Below, piece after piece: positions 36,228-47,200 of a stretch of 64,000 nucleotides of DNA. The DNA comes from Hemiscyllium ocellatum (lineage: Eukaryota). The notes beneath the pieces are model-generated. The model saw only the letters and a program-made list of their open reading frames with translations. It ran no database searches and was not told where the DNA came from. The stretch lies in contig NC_083433.1 of NCBI RefSeq assembly GCF_020745735.1, positions 8,319,363 through 8,383,362 on the forward strand, read 5' to 3'. A program made the position numbers and the translations under genes. The stretch's first letter is position 1; each line of letters begins with the position of its first letter.

Positions 36228-36806
36228 TCAGTCATACAGCATGGAAACAGAACCTTCAGACCAACTCATCTATGCAGACCAGATTTCCCAATCTAGATTC
36301 ATCCCACCTGCCTGCATTTACCCCATATTGCTTTAAACATGTCCTATTCATGTACTTGTTCGAAATGTCTTTTAAATGCTGTAATTGTGCCCGCCTCTTC
36401 CACTTTGTCTGGCAGTTCAATCCATATACGCATCATCCTCTGTATGAAAACATTGTACCTCAAGGTCCCTTTTAAATTTTCCCCTTTCACCTTAAAATTT
36501 GTGGGCGGCACGGTGGCACTGCTGCCTCACAGCGCCGGAGACCCGGGTTCAATTCCCGACTCAGGCGACTGACTGTGTGGAGTTTGCACGTTCTCCCCGT
36601 GTCTGTGTGGGTTTCCTCCGGGTGCTCCGGTTTCCTCCCACAGTCCAAAGATGTGCGGGTCAGGTGAATTGGCCATGCTAAATTGCCCGTAGTGTTTGGT
36701 AAGGGGTAAATGTAGGGGTATGGGTGGGTTTCGCTTCGGCGGGTCGGTGTGGACTTGTTGGGCCGAAGGGCCTGTTTCCACACTGTAAATCTAATCTAAT
36801 CTAATT
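36228..36806. mobile_element. CR1 3' tail (-) with a young HE1 SINE (+, about 36500-36806) inserted
   Basis: CpG-rich SINE with intact B box ggttcaattcc and (ctaat)n tail. Confidence 0.88.
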
Positions 36807-37064
36807 ATAGCTTTTCTATGAGTTAGTTGTACACAAGCATATAGAAGTTTTATAAGCCTCCAGCAAGCAGGCAGGACACACTCTGTCCCCACTAACAATC
36901 TTTCCCCACCCCCTGAGACACAACACCAATCTCTGATGGAGAGTTGCCTAGACTTGGCATGTTAGTTTGCTTTCGTTCCATGGATGCTGCCTGACCTGCT
37001 GTAATTTCCAGCATATTTTGTTTTCAGTACAGATTCCAGTATCTGCAATAATTTGTTCTATCCC

Positions 37065-37840
37065 TGGCACACAACCCCCATCCCCAGCATCCAACGTTCC
37101 CATCCTCCTGCTCCCCAGTACCCACACACCACCCCCCACAATCCCCATCAACCAAATCTCCATCCACCCACCCAGACACAATTCCCATCAACCAACCTCC
37201 ACCCTCCCCACGAACCCCAACAACCAACCTCCAACCCTCTGTCACCCACGATCCCCTCAACCAATCTCACCCTCCCCATGATCCCCATCACCCACCCTCC
37301 ACCCCATCACCCAACCTCCACCCTCTCCCCCAATCACCCAACCTCCACCCCATCACCCAACCTCCACCCTCCCCCCCAATCACCCACCCTCCACCCCATC
37401 ACCCAACCTCCACCCTCCACCCCATCACCCAACCTCCACCCTCCACCCCAATCACCCAACCTCCACCNNNNNNNNNNNNNNNNNNNNNNNNNNNNNNNNN
37501 NNNNNNNNNNNNNNNNNNNNNNNNNNNNNNNNNNNNNNNNNNNNNNNNNNNNNNNNNNNNNNNNNNNCCCCCCAATCACCCAACCTCCACCCTCCCCCCC
37601 AATCACCCAACCTCCACCCCATCACCCAACCTCCACCCTCCCCCCCAATCACCCACCCTCCACCCTCTCCCCCCCAATCACCCACCCTCCACCCTCTCCC
37701 CCCCAATCACCCAACCTCCACCCTCTCCCCCCCAATCACCCAACCTCCACCCTCTCCCCCCCAATCACCCAACCTCCACCCTCTCCCCCCCAATCACCCA
37801 ACCTTCACCCCATCACCCAACCTCCTCCCCCCCCCATTCC
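37065..37840. repeat. C-rich minisatellite, unit about ATCACCCAACCTCCACCC(TCTCCCCCCCA), spanning a 100-N assembly gap (37468-37567)
   Basis: Tandem units read directly; the array becomes more homogeneous toward 37840. Confidence 0.92.
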
Positions 37841-37849
37841 ATGACCCAC

Positions 37850-37900
37850 CTGCTGAAGCTCCGTCCCGTTGCTATGCGCAACCTCCCAAGCCGCTCCGAG
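37850..37900 (-). other. PIH1D1: Probable non-coding first exon of PIH1D1 (5' limit approximate)
   Basis: Minus-strand CAG|gtgggt donor at the edge of the CpG island; the ATG-bearing exon has its own acceptor (ttttcag at 32149-32155), which implies an upstream exon. Confidence 0.55.
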
Positions 37901-38187
37901 ACTAACACACACCCTGAACAAAAGGGCCGGGGTCGAGAGTAAAACAAATAAAGGTCGGGCCGCACTCCGCCTCCCCCCGCGAGCTACTCGTGAGGAAAAA
38001 ATAACAATACAGGAAGGCTTTCAGTCATGAAAATGAAAATTAACGATCTTGGGCTCGAGGATCGGAAGGGGAACCCTGGTCAGGGTGCGCTTTGACCTTC
38101 TCCCGGCGGAAGTGGCTGGTGATGGAGGGCGGTGCCGTTGACCTGCTTCCGGCGGAAGTGTACCGGGGAAGGCAGCGGGAGGGTGTC
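37855..38187. promoter_or_regulatory. CpG-rich bidirectional promoter for PIH1D1 and ALDH16A1, with ETS/GABP-type CGGAAGTG sites (38107-38114, and inverted pair CTTCCG-G-CGGAAGTG 38146-38160), a GC box (CCGCCTCC near 37967) and an X-box-like GTTGCTATGCGCAAC (37868-37882)
   Basis: The only strongly CpG-dense unique region of the window, lying between divergent gene starts; motifs read directly from the sequence. Confidence 0.75.
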
Positions 38188-38283
38188 ATGGCAGCCGGCG
38201 CCGCGAGCGAGAAGCTGAGTGTCGCTGAGATTTTCAGCACCATGAGCTATGGACCGGCCCCCGAGACCCCCAAGAACGCCCAG
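38188..38283 (+). CDS. ALDH16A1: ALDH16A1 exon 1
   Basis: Kozak gtcATGg; 96 nt; donor CAG|gtacga. Confidence 0.9.
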
Positions 38284-41200
38284 GTACGAGACGAGGGGGG
38301 AGCCTGGCCTCCTGCCGGCTTTGTTGTCGCAAATTCTGGTGAACTTTGCCTCAAAGGGGGAGGGGGAGACAGCCGTCATGTGCAGGGCGCCTGTCAAATT
38401 CAAAACTCTCCTCCTCCTCCAAAGGCGGCAAAATGTTTGCAGCCCCCGCTCTGCCAGTGATTTGTTGGCTCCCCCTTCGTTCTGAGAGTCGTTGATTTTG
38501 CCGCAGCCTGGTCCAGTTGAAGTGAATGGAAGGGTCTCGCTGCCCTTGTTGGAGAAATGGTGTCGAGGTGTTGGGCAAAGGTTTTTAAAATAAAAATCAC
38601 TCAACACCAGGTTATAATCCAGCGGGTTTATTTGGAAATACAAGCCTTTCAGAGCGCTGCTCCTTCGGCAGGCAGCTGGTGGGGCAGGATCATGGGGCAC
38701 AGAGTTTATTGTAACTGAGAGAAAGTGAGCACTGGAGGTCAGAGTCGAAGAGTGTGGTGCTGGAAAACTCGGAGCAGGTCAGGCAGCATCTGAGGAGCAG
38801 AGGTGTTGATGTTTGGGGCTTTCTGTCCCACCAGCTACCTGTCGAAGCAGTACTCCGAAAGGCTTGTACTTCCAAATCAGTCTGTTGGACTATAACCTGG
38901 TGTTGTGATTTTTAACCTTGTAGGGAAAGACTTTGTGCGCATCTTTTCCAACCCTTCTCTAGCAACGACGTATGGTCACTGTTGTAATTTCATATTTGCG
39001 GCAGCTAGTTGAACACAGTAAAAGCTTCCTGCCAACAGCAATGTGATAATGAATATAATCTGTTTTCTGTGATGTGGTTCGATTGACAAATATTTGACCA
39101 GGACGTAAATCAAACTCTCTCATCCGCGTCTCCGAAACAGTGCTGTGAGATGCCTTAAGTTCACCTGAGGGGGAGAATGGGGTCTTGGTTTAATGTCTTA
39201 TCTGAAAGGTGGCCCCTCTGATAACACAATGCTCCCTAATTGTAGTGTCTCCCAAGGCACCTGTGTTCTGGTCCAGGAGTATTGCATGAGTGACAATTTC
39301 GGTCTTGGAGAAAGGAGTGTTATCAACTGAACAATGACCCACCAAGAAATTTAAGTTCCTTTAATTCTGGCCTCTTATATATTCTTAGATCTATCTGCCA
39401 TGTTGTTCGTGTCTTTACATGCAAAGGTGCTGACCTCGGCTTTTAGTTTTCTAAACCATCTCTGTGTAATTGGGTGTTGGGTATTGACATTTCAGAGGCT
39501 TCATAAATAAATGTAGTTGTAATGCTGTTGACTAACTAGGGAAGTATTCTGTGAGCACATCTTATATTAACAAGGTGCAATGTTAGACAATCTTTGAAAA
39601 TACCTTTTTCACAATTCACTCATGGCTATAAAGAATCAGTTTGAAAGGATGGTGAAAGACTCAACTAGCTTATCATTTACACTCTTGAATTCTGTTTTTC
39701 AGTATTATTGTATCCATAGCAGTTAAGTTAATTTTGGATCCATATACATTCCCAGAGCTGATCTGAATGAAGCCAAGCATAGAATGCACTCTGCCTTGAC
39801 TTATCAGCCTTTGGTTGTATAATTGGTTAATAAATCACAAGACTGAGAGAACTGAGATTACCTGCTACTCTAGGTAGTTAATTTGCGTGCTCAGTGGAAT
39901 TTTGATCATACTAGAGTTAGGCAACTACGTGGAAGCATTTCATAGGGACGAAGTGATCAGAGTTTTGTTTGACACTATTTGCTGAGTAATTCCAGCTGGA
40001 ACCCTGACCTGCTCCTCAAGGAATAGGAGATTGTGAGTACATGAGGTAGACGTGGAAGTGTTACAGTTCAATCAGAGAGTCTGTAGGAGTGCTTTTTACA
40101 CACGTACTTTGACCAGAGAGGATTGGTTACCTCGGTTGGCTGGTTGGCTGGTTAGCTAGTTTTCAGTGTAGTGATGCCAACAGTGTGGATTCATTTTGTG
40201 TTCTAGCTGAGGTACCTTTTCAACTTCTCCCCTCACTGGAGGTGTGTTCACCCTCAGATTAAATCACCATCAATTATCTTTTTCTAATGAGAGAGTCGCC
40301 CTATGGTCCTGAAACGCTATGGTGATTATCAAGTCTGCACTGCCATTCAGTGGCTGATTTGACCTCAGCTTCACTTTCTAGCCTTTTCCCCATGGTTTCC
40401 TGACAGATTTTAATCAGTCAGTCTCAACTTTGAATATACTTAATGACCTAGCCTCAACAACATTCTGTGCTAAAGAATTCCATACATGCAACACCCTCAG
40501 AGAAAAAAAACTCCTCCTCATCTCTGTTGTAAATGGGTGACCCTGGATGCATATTTTCCCCTTGTTTCCCTTTTCATATAGTCTAAACCAATCTGTCCTC
40601 ATCTACTCTGTCAAAGATCCCGACAATCCTCTATGTTTCAATAAAGTGACCTCTCATTCCTCTAAACTCCAGTAAGTTTGAACCCATTTCTCATCAGAAC
40701 AAAATCTCTCTGTACCTTCTCTGGACTGTCTCCAGTTCCAGTCTAAAATGGTTCGGTGTTCCAAATGTAATCTGACTATTGCGAGATTGTATTGCTCCAT
40801 TTCCTTTAAAATAAAGGTCAACACTTCCCTAGTGCTTGTGCAACTTGATGCTAGCTTTGATTCATGCACAAAGTCCCTAAATGTCTATGTATTACAGCTT
40901 TCTGCAGTTGTTTCCTATTTAAGTAATCGTCCTGTCAGTTATTAACCACATCACATGTTATTGCATTCTTTCAAGTTCTTGTCCACCTACTTAACCTGTC
41001 TAGAACCCTCTGTAGACTGTGTCAAGCTCACTATTTGCCTTCCCAGCTAATGTATCCCTGTACGCTGTTTGCCTGTGGCACAGATAGTAACCTTGAGATC
41101 ATTACCTTGGAGATCCTGCATTTTACCTCTTGACTGTATAAAATATTTCAGCAGAATCTCCTTTCTAGTCCTATAAATGTCAAATATACCATTGTAGGCA

Positions 41201-44200
41201 ATGACAAGTAGACCCTTGCCTTCCGTCTCAAAGTTCCTCTCCAGCCCCTGGTATCCATAATCGTGGCACCAGGCAGATAACAGCTTTTGAAACTGGTGCT
41301 CATTTCTGTAAAGAATGATACCTGCCCTAATTTTGCTGCCCCTTCACAATTGATACATCACTGCTGTCTCTGTGTCTCTCTATGGTGTCCAGCAGCTGGC
41401 CTACTATCTGAATCTTACATTATTTAAATTATTAATTTTATAACACTTGTAGCCCTGCTCTTTATGGCTGAAGAATTCCCACTGTTTACATTTTAGTGTA
41501 ATCTTTTCCTTTTTTAATGCAGCGGGATCAATCTTTAAGAAAAAGAGGAAAAAATGATACGTACTAAACACAAATTCAACAGTTCTTACTTTTAACAACT
41601 GGAACTATTCATCAACCAACAGCTTTGTTTAGGCAAAACTAAGCATCTCTTCCTTTTTGTTCAAATATTCTTCTTGAGACGCTGAACTCCGGAATTCTAT
41701 TGTAAGTTGCACTAAGTTGGCCACTATGCATCCAATGCAAAGGACATATCTGAGTGAGTTCATAAGGATCCTATTTCAGCCAGTTCTTAATGAGGCTTCT
41801 TTTTCAATGTACTCCTTGAAAATTAACCCGCTCAAAGCTCCCAGACATGAAATTTTAAACAGATTTCATTTTATGCCAACTACAAATTACAATCAAAATA
41901 AAGTAAATTAGAGGTTTGCACAAATGAAAGATTTAGACACTTTCTTACCCAGCAAGTGCACACACTCAGTTCAAAGTTTTGTACTCACACCAACTGGCAG
42001 GTTTACAATCTCTCTCTCATTATTGATGTGTACTTGGAAGATTTGCAGGATTGAAATTTAACTTGTTTCACCATGTTTCTCGATTCTTGGGGTGGGACTC
42101 AAATGCTGCGCTTCTGCTTCAGAGGCAGGGATGCTGATCACTGTGTGCCACAAGAACTCCAAATGCAAACTATATATAAAGGCGGAGTGGACTCGATGGG
42201 CCGAATGGCCTTACTTCCACTCCTATGTCTTATGGTCTTCTAAAAAGTAAAATAAACATTGTTTCCTCTCCTGATTTGTAATTATTCACTGATGCTCAGT
42301 TTGGGTTCTCTTAGGGCTACTTGATCTCTGACCTTATTATAGCATGGACCAAAGAACTGAACTTCCGAGGTGATGATGACTGCCCTTGTCAACAAAGTGG
42401 GTGTAGTGTCAAAAAGTCCAAGCAAAGCTGGAACCAGTGAAAATTGTGGGAAAAGCTAATTGCTGCCTGGAGTCATACCTGCCCCAAAGGAAGATGGTTG
42501 TGTGTGTTGGAGGTCAATCATCTCAGTCCCATCACTTCTTTGCAGGAGTACCTTTAGCTGCTTCATCACACTCCTTCCCTGTGTCATCAGGTCAAAGTGG
42601 GGATATTCCCTGGTGAGTGAACTGAATACATTTGAATACTACACCAGTCGGTATCCTGTGCAACAAGACCTTCATCGATCCAGGCTTGGGGTGATGAGTG
42701 GCAAGAACAACTCATTCCCCACATTTGCCATGCAATTACGATCTCAGACAAGAGAATCTGACATTTTATGGCATTAACCATCTCTGAATACACCATTATC
42801 GACAACCTGGGGGTAACCACTAACCAAACTGAACTGGGCCAGTCATATAAATACTGTGGCTACAAGAACAGGTCGAACTCTGGGAATTCCACAATGTGTA
42901 ACTCATCTCCTGACTCTCCAAGGCCTGTCTCCCATCTGCAAGGCACAAGTCAGAAGTATGATGGAATACTCCCCCCTTGCCTGGATGAATACAGCTGCAA
43001 CAACACTCAAGAAGCTTGGCACTATCCAAGACAAATAACCTGCTTGATTGGCACATCATTCACCACTTTCAACATTCACTCCCTCCACCTCCAATGCACA
43101 GTGGCAGTAGTGTACACAATTTGCAAGATGCATTGCCAGAGATCACCAAGGCTCCTTCAATAGCACTTTCTAAATCCATAACCATCGCCATCTAGAATGA
43201 CAAGGGCAGCAAATGTAGAGGAACACCACCACTGGTAGGTTCCACTTCTTGTACCATTCTGATTTGGAATTGTATTGCTGTTTCTTCTGCCCCTTGAGTG
43301 TCAGAATCCTGAAACTCCCTCCCCAATATGACAGTGGATGTACCTACCTCACACAGATTGCAATGGTTTAAGGAGGCAGCTGACTACCACTTTCCAAGAC
43401 ATTTAGGAATGGATAATAAGTGAAAGCCATGATGTTCTCATGTGAACAAACAAAATTGCATTTAGATTTTTGCTTTCAGTGATTTAAAGCTATGTCTGTA
43501 CACTATATTTGTCTGTTTATGCAAAGGCACATTGTAGAAGTAGGCCATTCAACCTATTGCCTTGCTTTGTCGATCAATGAAATCATGGTTGTTCAATGTC
43601 TTATAGACACTATCGCCATATCCCTTTATGTCATTGGTATTTAGCAATCTGTCAAGCTCTGCTTTATACATACTTAGTGACTGAGCTTCCACAGCCCTTT
43701 ATATAAATCATGTCTATAATATTATACATTTGTTTTTGTACCTTTAGAATTACTTTTGCAACCATTGTCATGATTCATTCATGGTTTTGTGACAGTAGTT
43801 AATGCCTAGAATTAATGATTTTTGTGTTATTTTGTGTAAGTTGTAAAATACCTGTTCAGTCCTCCCATCACTGATGGCGCAGTGACATAAGGCATCCAGC
43901 TCCATCTACTAGTTGCACCAATCACAGCTAGAAGCTTTATTGCCACTCTGTGTCCTGAGGAATTTACCTGTTTAAGGTCTTGCAATGCATTCTGCAGAAA
44001 TGTCAGGCTTGTCTCTTGACATCCCTGTTTAAAAATGCAGCGAGCAGCACCACTCACTAAGAATTTAGTGGCGTCAGCTTCAGTTAACCGGCAGAAAATA
44101 ATTCTGGTCATCTAATTTTGCAAAGCTTCAAACCAAAGAACCAATACGAAAGGCGACAATTGTCTTTTGTGCTTGTGCCGCGTCTTTGAGAGCTATCCGA

Positions 44201-47200
44201 GCACCATCCCATAACATATTTTGACTCTCTCAGCTCTGCAAATTGCTCATTTTCAAAGATGTGCCCAGATTATTTTGAAAGTTTGATTCCATCATTCACT
44301 CATTAACATGGTACGTTTTGGATCTTCACCTGCCTTTGTGTAAAAAATAATATTCCTCATTTCCCTCTTGTGTTCACAAGTCCCACCTGCTGCAGAGGCG
44401 TGTAATGACATCTCTGAATAGGTTGATTAGAAAATACCTGTGACCTTTGGTTGCTGACTGTTCTTTCTCTTATCAAAATCTCTGATAATTTTGCACATGA
44501 TATCTTCCCTTAATGTTCTCTGTTCTAAGGAGTCCATTTATAGATTCTCAATTTTTCCACTTGTGACCTTGCTAGAAGTTCAGCATTGACACCTGTTCTT
44601 CTAAATATACAATCTATAGATTGTAAAAATACATTTCTGTGCAGTGTATTTTTCCTTGCATTAGCTTTCCAGAAAGGGCATTAAAGACCAAGTTTTAGGT
44701 CAAAAAGAATTGGAACTGAAGAATTGGAAACTGATAGCTTTAAATTAAGGGGTGGTAGGTATAGGACAGATGTTAGGGGTAGATTCTTTACTCAGCGAGT
44801 CGTGAGTTCATGGAATGCCCTGCCAGTAGCAGTGGTGGACTCCCCCTCTTTATGGGCATTTAAACGGGCATTGGATAGGCATATGGAGGATAGTGGGCTA
44901 ATGTAGGTTAGGTGGGCTTGGATCGGCGCAACATTGAGGGCCGAAAGGCCTGTACTGCGCTGTATTTTTCTATGTTCTGTGTTCTAGTTCTCAGCCACAC
45001 TTATTACCTGCAGACCTGGCTGTTTCCTACTGACTGCTTTCTAACCTTTAGTCCACAAACCTAAGGTCACTTAAACTCTTGCCTGTATTCTCACTTGTAC
45101 CAAGTCCTGTAAGTGGGTCAGTGTCAAATTTGTTTGTTAACACTAAGGTATCTTGGAAAGTTTTATTGTTCAAAGGTGCTACAAGGATACAAAATGTTAT
45201 GGCATGACACTCTAGTCTGTCTTCTGCTGGGCTATCATTGTAACCATGTGGCTGATTTGTTATATTTTCAGTTAAATTGAATTTTAGGTGTTTGCAACAA
45301 TTTGACATCTGCAAATCTTCACAGCATCTTTTAGATGTACATTTTACTTTACTTTCAGATTTGGAGCTACAAATGTTATCAATTCTAGCCTGATTCAACG
45401 ATTTCAACTTCCTTAGCTCCAATAGTTATTTATACTTCAAAGGGAGATTATCATCTGAAAAGCTTTGTTCTTGAGATCAAGAAAGGGATCAACAACTTTC
45501 TAAAAAAAAATCAGCTTTTAAAATTCATTCTGGCATTGCTGGATTGGCCAGTATTTATTGCCCATCCTTAATTACCCAGACAGTGGTTAAGAGTCAACCA
45601 CATTACTATGCATTAGGTATCACATGTAGTCCAGACTGGGTAAGGATAACATGTCCTTTTCCTAAAGGACATTAGTCAACTTCAGATCGTCAGTTGTAGG
45701 ATAAACAATGGATTTGTGGTCATCGTTGGATTCTTAATTCCAAATTTTTATTGAACTCAAATTCTACTGTCTGCCATGGTGGGATTTGAATCTAGGTCCC
45801 AGAACATGTTGTGAAGAGTTTGATATTTTGACGCGTTGTCAGTGAGGAAAGTGCATTTGTAAATGTGTGAAAAATTCTTCCTTTTTACAGTACTAAGGAA
45901 AGCAAATTGACCATTTGACTCATTCTCAGTTAGGATTGAAGTGATAAAGGAGCATAAAATGAACATCAGGCCATCTGATATTTGTGATATGTCATATTCC
46001 TTTGTGGTAGTGATGTATTACCATTCACTCAATTTGTGATGTTGTGGCAGTTTTTATCATTGTCTGCACTGGTGCTCTGCATAATGATGTTAGAGGCTCC
46101 AATATCCTTTGACACCTGGCTGATCAGAGATTTCTCCAACTGGTGTGCATTGCAAAGAATTGCAGGTTGGTACATCAACTACTTGGTTGTATTACAAACG
46201 CATCTTCCTTGGCCAAGTGATCCTGGAATGCAGGTTGAACTCTGGGCTTGCAGTCTCAATGCTACTCACTGCCCCACAAGAACTTCAGACTGTCTTGTAT
46301 CTGAGGATAAAATTTGGGTTGAGATCCCACCTGCAGTGGTTTTCCTTTTAAAGGACTGTTGGCCACTCTTAGAATTGATATCAGAATTTTTTTTTAACTG
46401 GTGAAGACTTGGGCATCTACAAGCTGATTTTTGTTTTAACTGCAGAATGTGATTCAGATCTAATCAATGTGGGACTGATCATGCCAGCTCACTGGAGTCA
46501 CTCATTAAGCAAATAGGTCCTGTGACCAGATGGAAAACCTTATTGGGCGCGCATACAAGTGATCTGTTAACTTTTCTTGTCTCTCCATTCAGCTCCAGGT
46601 CTAAGTGCAGGTTTTTGGGTTTTGAGGGGTCAAATAATTAACACAACATGTGGAGAAACAATCACCTTTTGAAGGATGTGCAGTTGGCCTCTGGTGATTA
46701 AACCTTTGAAAAAAACTTGTTCGTGGGCTGTGGAGTTTGCTGGCAGCGTCAGCATTTGTTGTCCACAGTCTCCTGGAATGTGCCTTTTGTCTGGAAAAAG
46801 ATGCAGTGGTTTTTGGCGAGGTTCATCCTGGTGAGAACTCTGCTCTATGGGCTGTTCCCCATGCCATACACAGAGACAAACATTAAACTGTTCCTGGAAG
46901 ATCATCAACTTGGTAAAAGATGCTCTTTGATCTGCCTGAAACTTGTTGGTCTTCCAGTTGAAAGAATTAACCCTGACCGAATATTGCGGACTGGCACGTT
47001 CCAAGGTCCAGGACCACGTGCTGAGGGACGCACTAAGGCCTGGGGCAGCTCCCCCTGAGACACAGTGGGGCAAGGCCACCATCTGAGGTCATTCTGGTAA
47101 AGTTCAGCACGGATGCATTCAGTTATGGAATCTTCTGGTGCCTCGGGTACAGTTAAATGGTTGTTAGATACCAAACATAATTAAGAAATGCCTTTAGGTT

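Noticed and set aside
37053-37844. 263-aa Pro/His-rich ORF and its antisense Gly/Trp-rich ORFs
   Set aside because: Translation of a C-rich minisatellite that spans an N gap.
38122-38187. Upstream in-frame ATG extending ALDH16A1 by 22 aa
   Set aside because: Overlaps the ETS promoter motifs and probably lies at or upstream of the transcription start; the extension has no ALDH16 similarity. Not excluded without 5' RACE.
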